A DNA stretch of 22,460 nt, taken from positions 744,001 through 766,460 of the forward strand of contig ML996704.1 in NCBI GenBank assembly GCA_010356995.1, read 5' to 3'. The position numbers were made by a program, and so were the translations under genes. Below are positions 1-12,443 of this stretch, in pieces. The notes beneath the pieces were generated by a model. That model saw only the letters and a list, made by a program, of their open reading frames with translations. It was not told the DNA's origin and made no database searches. The stretch is from Trichodelitschia bisporula. Taxonomy: Eukaryota. Numbering within the stretch: the stretch's first letter is position 1; every line of letters starts with the position of its first letter.

Positions 1-66
1 TCCATCTCTCCCACGTCATTCATTCTTGCCCAGTATCCAGACCAACATCCCCATACCGCCGCCAAA

Positions 67-538
67 ATGCGCTTCGCAACACTCCTCGCCCTCCCCATCC
101 TCGCCTTCGCGGCCCCCCAACCACTCACCGAAATCGCCCGCACACCCGAATCCTTCTCCTCTCTCGAAACGCGTTCCCTCGAAGAGCGCGCAACCTACGA
201 CTGCGGAGTCAACGGCGGAACGCCGTACTGCTGCCAAGCGACATTCGCGGGCGACCTGCCGCCCATTATCTCGCTCGCGCATCTAACCGGCTTCCCGCTG
301 AACCCGAATGATGTGAACTGCTTGCTGCGTAAGTGAGGTTCGTTGTTGAGAGGAGCACGTGCTGACTGAGAAGCTACGGCAGCGGATCCGTCGGCGCCGA
401 CATGTCCGGGCAGTGTTATGTGCTGCCAGGTTGCTGGTGTGGTGAGTTGCGCTCAGTATGAGCAGTAGAGAGATGCTAATGGTGACTGTACAGCCGTTGG
501 TCGCGGCCCTGTACTGCCAGGCGCCGAAGTTCGCGTAG
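67..538 (+). CDS. Hydrophobin, class I-like, about 121 aa. Exons 67-328, 383-441, 494-538 (an alternative in-frame AAG acceptor would start exon 2 at 374).
   Basis: Hydrophobic signal peptide MRFATLLALPILAFA. Splicing GTAAGT..CTGAC..CAG (329-382) and GTGAGT..CTAAT..CAG (442-493) gives 8 Cys spaced C-X8-CC-X28-C-X9-C-X5-CC-X12-C, ending LYCQAPKFA*. Confidence 0.9.
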
Positions 539-1640
539 AGAGGGGTATTCGCAGGTCGTTGGCATATTGAGGGTCAAAGTTCGCGGGGGAAAAGGCTGAT
601 ACCATCATTATCCATTCCATTCCATAATCATAATCGTCAATCAATCAATCCATCAATGAATGAAAGCACGTTCTTCCCACGAACTCCCCCCGTCGCACAA
701 CATCTTTCCCCGCCCCGCTGCACGTACGGGTACCCGCTCCCGCGCCGCACAGCATCTGCATGTCCACAAAGACTCTCAGACTCGCAGTATCCGCAGTCCA
801 GATCGTTCCATCCCGCCCATAACGCCTGCGGCAAATCCCATATTCAGCAAAGATCGACGATGCAGCAAGAGCGCAAGAAGCACGCACTTCAGCCTTGCGG
901 GTAGATCCGCCTCCGCAAATGACGGCTCTGATCACTAATATCGTCCATGTTTCAACAACGACTTCGTGAGTGTGTTGCTAGGATCGGATTCGTTCGCCAT
1001 GCGCGCTCGGTATGTCCTGACTCGTGAACATCCGAACCAGCTACATGCAGACTTCAACCTTCAAGAATATCAAGCCTTTTCGTAAATCACGCATCCATCA
1101 GCGCCTCCCTCACAGAGAGGCCATACGATGTCCACATCCGCGCGTCCAAACCATTCCCCCCACCAATCACCTCAGCCCGTTAATCGCGCCGCCAATCTCC
1201 GCAACCCAGATCTCAGGAATTATAATCCGGAGATACTGCGCCGTCCATTAGTTCGAAGTTGAAGTCCCAATAGGATTCGAACCCTGGCCACCGATCCAGG
1301 ATCACATTCGGCAGGATTGCGGGAGGATCGGGACTATCAACCCCGGTCCGCAGGCCATGGGTTCATGGGAAACCGACATGCGGCGCGGATTCACATACAA
1401 CCACATAAACGTGCGCCAAATGAGGCAATATCACTTTGCGAAGAGCACGCACTTATACCAATACCTTGAAGAAAAAAGCATAGCCGTAGCCGCTCGCTTA
1501 GGATTCTCAGAATTGCGCGCCTAACACCTTGCCGAAATATATCATTTGCCCGCCATATCGGCCACATACCGCATACAGTCGCACATACATGTCTTCCCTC
1601 AATATCCCGGTGCTTAACACCCCCCTCCCCGCGTCAATCA

Positions 1641-3137
1641 TCACGACTCCACCCCCGGCCCAACCTGCGCATCAAGCTCCGCCTCCGCCTCCGCAATCGC
1701 CATGGCCATGGCCTCAAACGCGCGGGGCCCATTAAACTGCGCCCCCTCCTCATTCCCATCCTCTGCATCCCAAAGATGTCCCTGACAGGGCAAATCCTCC
1801 CTACTAAAGTGCTTATACGGATCGCCAGGGTCGAGCCACATGCTGCACAGGTAGCAGAAATGCGTTTCGCACTGAGGGCATATCATGTGGTTGCAGCCGT
1901 ATGTCTTTTGAGCCGGGACGCTGCAGGTAGGGCACGGGGAGGTGTGCAGCAGGACGAAGTCGTAGGAGGCTTTGTCTTCGGCGCTGAGCTCGGCGGCAGA
2001 GCGCGGGAGGCAGTAGAGGTATTCGCCGTGCCAGGAGGCTTTGCAGACGCGGCAGAAGGCGAGTTGGCATTTGGAGCAGATGGCGAGGCGGTCGTCGGGG
2101 GCTTTGTTCGGCTTGGGCGGCTCCTTCGCTGTAGTCGTTGTTGCGGGTTCCGCGGGGACAGGAGCGGGTTGAACCGGAGCTTCAGCCAGAGGTTCAGCCT
2201 CGCCCTCATCGCCTGTATCCGAGGCGTAGCTGATATCCTCCAGGATCGGCTGTGGGGGATACTTGGCCGATTTTATAGGCGCCTGGCACCACTCGCGCGG
2301 ACAATACACCATGTTCTTGTCGGCCTCCAGCTTGCGCTTGCGCTTGAGGTCTACGTACCGCTGCACAGCCTCGCGGTCCAGTCCAATGGCTAGCAGCTCG
2401 GCGGGATCAATCGTGCGCTTCGTGCGGCGTGTGCGTTTCGGACCGATCTTCCGCAGACCGCATGTGGAGTCCGGGCAGAGCACATTAGCGACCTCGCCTT
2501 TGGTGATGGCATCTCCATAGAAATCCTTCAGGCAGGCGCGGCAGAAGACGTGCCCGCAGCCGTTGAAGCGATGACTCAAACGTCCGGGTTTCGGTTCCAG
2601 GCAAATGCCGCAGTCGTGCGTTTCACCGTCGAAGATGCGCTGGGCACTGGAAGCGTTGAAGGCGATAAGGGTGATGCCGAGATCGTGGGTTGGGAGGGCC
2701 CAGGTTGGGGTGGTGGGAACGTCGAAAGCGGTTTCTGCGCCTTGTTGCAGACTGTCCAGATATGTGAAGATGATCATGGAATGACCATAGTCTTCCCAAA
2801 GTGCTGTCGCGAGTTCTTCCAGTTCCTTAAGCTTGCTGGCCGGGATCCAGGCACTGGGATCGGACAGCTTGACCGTGGGTGGATTTGACTCCGGGTATCC
2901 TTCTGGCAGCGTCATGTCAACTTTGATCGGTGGGAGATGGTGCAGGATTGCACTTGCACGATCATTCTCATCATCTAGATCCGTCCCAGATGACCCGGGA
3001 TAGGAGATTGTGGCGGGGTTGATAGGCGACACTGCAATATCGAGGAAAAATCGAAACTGGTCCTTCTCGTCGATTTGCAGTTCTGGGTAAATTGCAACGA
3101 TGGTCTCGAGCTCTTCAGCCCGCTCGTCGTCGGCCAT
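1641..3137 (-). CDS. ITT1: RWD-domain RBR (RING1-IBR-RING2) E3 ubiquitin ligase, ITT1/RNF14 family, 498 aa, no intron needed
   Basis: N-terminal RWD (EELETIVAIYP...LPEGYPESNPP), RING1 CGIC..CGHVFCRAC..CPDSTC, IBR CPREWC..CSKC..FCRVCKASWH, RING2 CPTC..GCNHMIC..CETHFCYLC. ATG is at 3137; the ORF-track start at 3155 is TTG. Confidence 0.9.
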   Translation of the reverse strand: MADDERAEELETIVAIYPELQIDEKDQFRFFLDIAVSPINPATISYPGSSGTDLDDENDRASAILHHLPPIKVDMTLPEGYPESNPPTVKLSDPSAWIPASKLKELEELATALWEDYGHSMIIFTYLDSLQQGAETAFDVPTTPTWALPTHDLGITLIAFNASSAQRIFDGETHDCGICLEPKPGRLSHRFNGCGHVFCRACLKDFYGDAITKGEVANVLCPDSTCGLRKIGPKRTRRTKRTIDPAELLAIGLDREAVQRYVDLKRKRKLEADKNMVYCPREWCQAPIKSAKYPPQPILEDISYASDTGDEGEAEPLAEAPVQPAPVPAEPATTTTAKEPPKPNKAPDDRLAICSKCQLAFCRVCKASWHGEYLYCLPRSAAELSAEDKASYDFVLLHTSPCPTCSVPAQKTYGCNHMICPQCETHFCYLCSMWLDPGDPYKHFSREDLPCQGHLWDAEDGNEEGAQFNGPRAFEAMAMAIAEAEAELDAQVGPGVES

Positions 3138-3539
3138 GATGTTTGCGTGTGGCAAATTACCCTTTGAACAGATGGTATAGATGTGATCCGGAACGACACT
3201 GGTAAAAAGAGCGCGGCGACGCTTAAATTCCGAGGCCGAAAGTAGCTCCGAATATCGTGATAAGACAGACGATGGTAGGGTCGTAGAAGCAGATTGTAAA
3301 GAAGAGACAGGTAAACAGAGAATTTATATGGAAGATGTGGAAGTGTTCGTCATGAGCGCATATCACAAATGGTTGTCGGTCCTCAAGTCACAGCCCCACC
3401 ATCCAATTAAATTTAAATCCTGCTGCACCGCCACACGCCACACTTCCATACCACCTGCCGGGAGGGGATACCGCATCCCCGTCCAACTTTGTGACATCGC
3501 CTCACCGATGCCGGCAGCCCCGACTCTCCACCAGTCACT

Positions 3540-4338
3540 ATGTCGACCGCGCCTCTAGCCTCGCTCTCCCTCACCCACGTCCACTATGTGAGTCCAGTCA
3601 CCACAATGCATCCTGCAGCTAGAACTAACCGTTCAGGATCCAACAGACAGACTCTCCTACCTATGCGCCTTTCTCGCCCTAGTACCACAAGGCCTGTGTG
3701 TAGCATACGCAACCCTGGTATGGAGCTCGCGTGAGGCAGAAGTACTCCTCATGTTCGCGGGGCAAATGGGGTGCGAGGCAGTAAATTGGGTGCTGAAGCG
3801 GTATATCAAGGAAGAGCGACCAAGTCGTACGTCCCTTCTCCCTACACCCCACGCCGTTCCCGCGCACTTCCCCTGACCCGAGCTAACTACGTCAGAAATG
3901 CACGGCAAAGGCTACGGCATGCCCTCATCCCACGCACAATTCGTCGCCTTCTTCAGCATATACCTAACCCTCTTCCTCCTCGGGCGACACACGCCCCACC
4001 CCTCGCAGACGCACACTCCGCTCTTGCTGCCCGAACGCCTGGGCGTATCGGTCCTCGCGCTTGGAAGCGCCGCGGCTGTTGCGCAGAGCCGTATATACCT
4101 CAACTACCACACGCCGCGGCAGGTGCTGGTCGGCTGTGCGGCGGGGGCCGTGTGTGCGGTTGGTTGGTTTGTGGTGACGGAGTGGTTGCGGCGCGAGGGG
4201 TGGGTGGAGTGGGCGCTTGAGACCAGGGTGTCGCGTGGGTTGAGGGTTAGGGATTTGGTGGTTACGGAAGATCTAGTGGATGCCGGGTGGGCAAGGTGGG
4301 AGGAGCGGAGACGCAGGAAGTTGGTGAAGAGGACATAG
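3540..4338 (+). CDS. CAX4: PAP2-family dolichyl pyrophosphate phosphatase (CAX4/DOLPP1-like). Exons 3540-3587, 3637-3826, 3896-4338.
   Basis: Spliced protein has SLSLTHVHYDP and the PAP2 motifs KRYIKEERP, GYGMPSSH and SRIYLNYH, plus hydrophobic helices. Both introns carry GT..CTAAC..CAG. Confidence 0.88.
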
Positions 4339-4755
4339 AGCATCGGGACGGAGTAGTGGTGTTCGCTGGCGAACTGCTTCTTGGAGTCTTCTTTTTTCTT
4401 CGTAATGGCAAAGCAAGCATAGCGAGCAGAATGAAGTAGATAATCACATTGACCTGTAAGCCCAGGGTGGCTCGTGTGACGATATACAATTGCTTATCAG
4501 CCCTCGCTATTGCTGCGGTAGCACGCAGGCTGGACGGGGCGGTGCTGAATCACACCACTCGCACACGACAATTGATCAGAAAGCACTTGGATTCACGCTA
4601 CAGACGGAGAGCATTGTAACACAACTGCCTAGATTACATATTTCGCCGAAGAAACAATAATGAAAAGCCCTTGCATGTTCCCTCCAGTTTTCTTCTATAC
4701 ACAGAAACTCTAACACCTTATCGGTGAGGGAGGAGACATGCCCGAACGCTTTTCA

Positions 4756-6736
<1,981 letters not shown>

Positions 6737-6991
6737 CGTGAAATGTGCGGTGGAGGTACGTGAAGGGGTGGAGGAGACTGGTGGAGAGAATTGAGGACAG
6801 AGCTTGGAGGAGTTGAGCTTTCGTCGTCGGCAAAGGCCCGGCTCGGAAAGGGCCTTGGCAAATGCTCCGTGCGACAAGTGTGGGACACAGCAACACCCAG
6901 CAGAGCGGAGCAGATCCCCAGCAACGCCCGCAATCGCAATTGAAATTGCGTGAAAATATTCGAACGTGCACTTCAATGCGTCCTCCACTCA

Positions 6992-7052
6992 ATTGGTCAC
7001 TTGCCGCTCGATTTTGCGAGAGTTTATCTACAATGTCAAAACATCACGTGAT
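6992..7052 (-). promoter_or_regulatory. Candidate ATP2 upstream elements: CCAAT box (6992-6996) and palindromic E-box ATCACGTGAT (7043-7052)
   Basis: Both motifs are directly visible 250-320 nt upstream of the ATP2 ATG. CCAAT is the Hap2/3/5 (HapB/C/E) site typical of respiratory genes, and TCACGTGA is a bHLH (Cbf1/SREBP-type) site. Function is inferred. Confidence 0.4.
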
Positions 7053-7223
7053 AAGACCGCGCAAATTTTGGCTCCCGTTTCCATCCGGCCCGCAAAATGT
7101 GTGCTGTACATCCGTACACGGACTATGTATACCGAAGCGACATTGTACATGCAAATATCTCGCCCGAATGCATTCCCCGCTTTAACGCTGCAAGCGGAAT
7201 TTTAGTTCCCTAAATCAAGCCGA

Positions 7224-9098
7224 TCAGCCAGCTGCGCTTCTTCGAGTTCCGTATTCTTCAACATGTGCACTCGCAGCTACTTCTTGCTCACCAGGACTTT
7301 CTCCATCGCCGTCATCCACCTGAAGCATTGAACGAAACTCGGCAATCTGCGCGCGTGTGAAATACATCGGCGCAATTTTCCGTTGAGCCACGGCCTTGTT
7401 GACCAGGACGTGTTTTATCGACGAGCCTGATCAGCGGTTAGGAGTACGGACTTGCGGACTTGCGGATCACTTGGCTTACCAGGCACTTCGAACATGGTCT
7501 CTCCCAGCAGCTTTTCCATGATCGTGCGCAGACCACGAGCACCAGTGCCCATGTCCATGGCTGACTTCGCCACTTCTCGCATCGCGGCGGGAGTGAAGCG
7601 CAGCTCCAGGCCGCTGAGATGGAAGAGCTGTTCGTACTGACGCAAGAGGGCATTGCGCGGCTCGGTGAGGACTCTTACCAATGCATCCTCATCGAGAGAC
7701 GAGAGAGCGCAATGGACCTGAATCCTCCCCATAAGCTCCGGAATCATGCCGAATTTCTGCAAGTCTGATGGTTCAACCAGATCCAGGGTATTGAACTCTG
7801 TTTCTGAAGATGCTGCTGCTGGCACAAAATATGGCAGATGTTTCTTGAACAGCAGCGCAGCCCCTTTAACAGTGGTACTGTGTGATGAAGTATTTGGGAC
7901 AGCTCGGACACTCGCCCCAAAGCCGATGCTGCCCTTAGATGCTCGCTCGAGGACAATCTTGTTCAGGCCGATAAATGCCCCTGTGCATATGAACAAGATG
8001 TTGTCCGTTCGGACATGAAACGTCTCCCCCTTGCTCGCGGTACCTTGCTGCGAACTTACACCACTGGCGCTGAGAGGACTTGATGGTGGCCAACTGGTGG
8101 GCGTATGGGGTCGGTTAGGCGTGCTGCGATCGGGTGGCCTTCCTGGCACTTGCACAGTAGTGCCCTCTACGATCTTGAGCAGCGACTGTTGGACGCTCTC
8201 TCCACCGACATCTTTGCCGCTTGAAACCTTCGCCGAGGCAAGTTTATCAATTTCATCCAAGCAGATGATGCCATGCTCTGCGCGCTCCACATCATAGTTT
8301 GCCGCAACGAGCAGTCGTTGGACCACGACTTCGACATCTTCTCCCACGTATCCCGATGCTGTGAGCGGGGTGCAGTCGGATATGCTGAAGGGGACGTCGA
8401 GAACTCGCGAGAGCGTCTTGACCATGAGGGTCTTGCCAACACCAGACGGACCTAGCAATAGGATGTTCGTCTTGTCGATTGTGAGCGGCGTATCGTCGTC
8501 GAGTGTGTTCGAAGGCGGTGGCGCAGGCGCAGGCGCAGGCGCAGGCGCAGGTGCTTGTGAGCCAGGAGGGTAGTACGTGACCGTAGTCTGCTGTCCGGGG
8601 AATTCTCCTAGATGCTGTGAGTATCAATCCACCGTAGTATGGTACATGCGAACTAGACTCACCTTCTATCGGATGGCGGTGGCTCATTTCCCGCCTCGCG
8701 GCCTGCAGCCGTAGCGATTCTTGCTCCTGCCTCTGGCGCTCGAGCTCCTGGATGCGTTGATAGTGATTGTAGACAGCAGTACTCAGGACCTTCTTGGCCC
8801 TGTCTTGTCCGACAACGAAGCGGTCCAGGTGGTCTTTGAGCATTTTAGGCGTAATGCGCGGGACACCCACGCTGCTGGTGGCGCCTAAAGGCCCATTGAC
8901 CGGCTGGCCGGTCTCGTATATTCCCGTAAAAGGTCTATGGTCGAAATCTGTGCGATTGATGGCGGACAGGCGACGCGCGATATTCATCGGCACGCCCTTG
9001 GGTACGGGTACGGGTATGTGACACAAGGCAGCAGGTCTCGAAGCACGAAAGGACAAAGCTCTCCGGAAGGGAGCCATTTGCTTTGTGGACAGCATCAT
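7224..9098 (-). CDS. clpX: Mitochondrial ClpX AAA+ unfoldase (Mcx1-like), about 588 aa. Exons 9098-8663, 8607-7480, 7426-7224; the start could be 9098, 9095 or 9077.
   Basis: [31 protein letters not shown], Walker A GPSGVGKT, pore loop GYVG, Walker [29 protein letters not shown] loop, PELMGR and GARGLR. Basic presequence-like N-terminus. Confidence 0.95.
8523..8552. repeat. Coding hexamer microsatellite (GCAGGC)x4 plus GCAGGT, encoding an (Ala-Pro)n linker in ClpX
   Basis: Tandem repeat seen directly; reads [10 protein letters not shown] on the minus strand. Confidence 0.85.
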
Positions 9099-9347
9099 GA
9101 CAGGTATTCTCGTATGCGCGCGACTAGGCTGAAGTTGTCGCAGACCGCCGGCCGTTGACCCGCGGCCGCATTCACACGACGGCAATGCGGGGGTTTGATG
9201 GAACGGACCGAGCTACCGCAAACGAAACGTCGATACACTGCGGTGCTCGTAAGCCAGCGAAATTCGCAATGCTGCCTCCCCGTACCTGAACACGCGCGGA
9301 GGATGAGAGCCTCACTAGGCGGGCATGCGGAATGCGGAGGATCTGCT

Positions 9348-9565
9348 AGGGGTGAGGGGAGCGCTGGTGGGCAGCTCACAGGCTCACAGCTGCTCTCTCG
9401 GCGATGTATCCGAAGTCTGGTTCGGGCTCGGTGGGTACAAGCGGGGGCGCACTTGGCAATGGCCAGGGTACCACGGCAGCTAATGCTGATTAGGGTGGGG
9501 CGGCGTTGATTGTGACGTTTGTGCTGCAGGAGCTGGCGCCGTTGGGTGTTGAAAGCGTTGAGGGG
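9348..9565 (+). promoter_or_regulatory. Three STRE-like AGGGG motifs (9348, 9355, 9561) in the divergent clpX/GLC3 intergenic region
   Basis: Motifs are seen directly, and STREs regulate fungal glycogen genes through Msn2/4/Seb1-type factors. 5-mers in GC-rich DNA are weak evidence. Confidence 0.3.
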
Positions 9566-9833
9566 GGCGAAGATGCGAAGAAAGTTTGCCCATTGAGATT
9601 GGGAGAGATAACGCCTGTGCAAACCTGAATATCGTCACTTTCAGTCGCAAAGTATTTGTTTGAAGCGCTCCTCCCTCATTCCAGTGGGAACCCTCCCAAA
9701 TCTCGTGGTAAACATTAAACCAGGGTCCGCTCTCAGCTGGATAGTCTGCTTCTGATAGCTCCCGCATCCCGCAATCCTGCTCTGAAAGTATCTCCTCACA
9801 TCATCCCTACTATCTCCAAGCAAAAACTTCACC

Positions 9834-12173
9834 ATGGAGCTCAACAACGCCTCACATAACTCTGTGCTCGGTGACACAGCTGGTTCTGTGCCAAACGACG
9901 GTACCGGTAAGCTACTTCCCTTCCGTGCTGCCCCTCGACCAGCTGCTCACATCAGTCATGTACAAGGCGTCTGTCAGCTCGACCCGTGGCTTTCGCCCTT
10001 CAAGGACGCCCTGCGGCACCGGTTCAGCCTTGCTCAGAAGTGGATCAAGACAATAGACGAGACTGAGGGTGGTCTGGAGAAGTTCAGCAGAGTCAGTTTT
10101 CGAGAGTTCAGGGTCTGCAATCACATGCTAATACCCGCAGGGCTACGAGAAGTTTGGCTTCATCGTCCTCCCGAACAATGACGTTGTATATCGAGAGTGG
10201 GCGCCGAATGCCTTGAGGGCATATTTGATTGGAGACTTCAGTAGGACCAGACCAAACGAAATCGCAAATGCTGATGCGCGTAGATGGCTGGAACCGCAAC
10301 TCGCATCAGATGAAAAAAGACAACTATGGCGTTTTTGAAATCACCGTGCCAGCTGTCAATGGCCAGTGTGCAATCCCGCACGATTCCAAGATTAAGGTTA
10401 GTATCTTGTGGCAGTCTCGAATTAGTCTAAGTTCAGCAGATTTCGTTGGTAACCCCCAACTCCGGTCATCGGCAAGAAAAGCTTCCGGCCTGGATTAAGC
10501 GCGTCACGCAAGACCTCTCTGTATCACCGGTATACGACGCCCGGTTTTGGAACCCGCCACAGAACGAGCGGTATGTCTTCAAGCATACGCCGCCTCCCAA
10601 GCCGGCGAGCCTCCGGATATACGAAGCACACGTGGGCATCTCCTCGCCCGAGGGGCGTGTCGCGACGTACAAGGAGTTTACTCGCAATGTCTTGCCGCGC
10701 ATCCAGAAGCTCGGGTATAACGCGATCCAGCTAATGGCCATCATGGAGCATGCGTACTATGCCAGCTTCGGGTACCAGGTGAACAACTTCTTCGCAGCGA
10801 GCAGTCGCTACGGCCTCCCCGACGACCTGAAGGAGTTGATTGACACCGCCCACAGCCTCGGTCTTACCGTACTGCTGGACGTGGTACACAGCCACGCGTC
10901 GAAGAACGTGCTTGACGGGCTGAACGAGTTTGATGGTAGCGACCACCAATACTTCCATGAGGGAGTTAAAGGTCGACACGAGTTGTGGGACAGCCGGCTT
11001 TTCAACTACGGGAACCATGAGGTGCTCCGCTTCCTTCTCAGCAACTTGCGCTTCTGGATGGAGGAGTACCAGTTCGATGGCTTCAGGTTCGATGGCGTCA
11101 CCAGCATGATGTACACGCACCATGGCATCGGAACTGGCTTCTCCGGTGGGTACCACGAGTACTTTGGCCCGAATGTCGACGAAGAGGGCGTCGTCTACCT
11201 GATGATTGCCAATCAGCTGCTCCACAACCTCTACCCTAGGGTCATCACCGTTGCAGAGGATGTTTCTGGGATGCCGGCTCTTTGCGTCGCGCTCAGCCTC
11301 GGAGGCGTCGGCTTCGATTACCGCCTCGCCATGGCGATCCCTGACCTGTACATCAAATGGCTGAAGGAGAAGCAGGACATTGACTGGGACATGGGGCAGC
11401 TCTGCTTCACGCTGGAGAACCGCCGCGACGGAGAAAAGACGATTGCTTACGCGGAGTCCCACGATCAGGCGCTCGTCGGCGACAAGACACTGATGATGTG
11501 GCTGTGCGACGCTGAGCTCTATACCCACATGTCCGTCCTATCTGAAATGACGCCTGTCATCAACCGCGGCCTGTCACTCCACAAGATGATACGGCTCATC
11601 ACACACGGCCTTGGAGGCGAGGGCTACCTAAACTTCGAGGGCAACGAGTTTGGTCACCCCGAGTGGCTCGACTTTCCGCGTGAGGGCAACGGGAACAGCT
11701 TCCACTACGCGCGGCGCCAGTTCAACCTCGTCGACGACGAGCTGCTGCGCTATAAGTTCCTGGCCAATTTTGACGGCAGCATGCAGGCGAAGGAGGCGAA
11801 GTATGGCTGGCTGCATTCCCCGAAGGCATACGTCAGCCTGAAGCATGAGGGCGACAAGGTCATCGTTTTCGAGCGCGCTGGCCTGCTGTGGATCTTCAAC
11901 TTCCATCCCAGCCAGAGCTACACTGACTACCGCGTTGGAGTCGAGGATGCGGGCACGTATCGTATCGTGCTTAGCACTGACAACAAGAACTTCGGCGGGC
12001 ATGGTGATATCGACGAGTCAACGAGATTCTTTACGACGGCATTTGGTTGGAATGGCAGGAAGAACTTCCTGCAGGTCTACATCCCGACGCGGACCGCAAT
12101 AGTATGCGCCCTTACCCACACATGATTCAAGTGCTGACGTCTGAAGGTTCTTGCGCTTGAGCACACGCTCTGA
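9834..12173 (+). CDS. GLC3: 1,4-alpha-glucan (glycogen) branching enzyme, GH13 with CBM48, 699 aa. Exons 9834-9906, 9967-10091, 10141-10240, 10284-10396, 10440-12101, 12147-12173.
   Basis: [37 protein letters not shown] (nucleophile), AEDVS (acid/base), YAESHD and [12 protein letters not shown]. Five GT-AG introns join into a 2100-nt frame. Confidence 0.97.
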
Positions 12174-12443
12174 GCTTGACTCGTTTCATGAATGGCGTTG
12201 TAGGATAGACAAGACTGTAGTACGATTTCCCTCTATTGATACAGGTTGCGAGTTTATCGACTCAAATTTTGCGACCAGCGTGAAGAATTTCCGTAGAATG
12301 TAGACAAACGTCTTAAAGACGTGCGAAGAAATGAGGCCGTGACTTCTAGTGATTCTCATGCCGTACGTCAACCGTCGACTCGTACCACATGCCGAAGGAC
12401 AGTAACCCTCCAGGCGCGCCCCAAATTGTGTGAGAGGAATGCT

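Noticed and set aside
610..664. TCCAT and TCAA/TGAA short repeats as a structured element
   Set aside because: Ordinary low-complexity 3' UTR microsatellites.
1262..1335. Functional tRNA gene
   Set aside because: The B-box and acceptor-like stem are present, but there is no A-box/D-loop GG, no 7-nt anticodon loop, and the T-stem is mismatched. Kept only as a finding.
1776..2393. 205-aa plus-strand ORF inside ITT1
   Set aside because: Antisense shadow of GC-rich coding sequence with no domain features.
9095..9622. 175-aa ORF upstream of clpX
   Set aside because: Low-complexity Arg/Pro/Cys composition in a GC-rich divergent promoter, with no domain or splice support.
10731..11528. 265-aa minus-strand ORF inside GLC3
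   Set aside because: Antisense frame kept open by the codon bias of a conserved gene.
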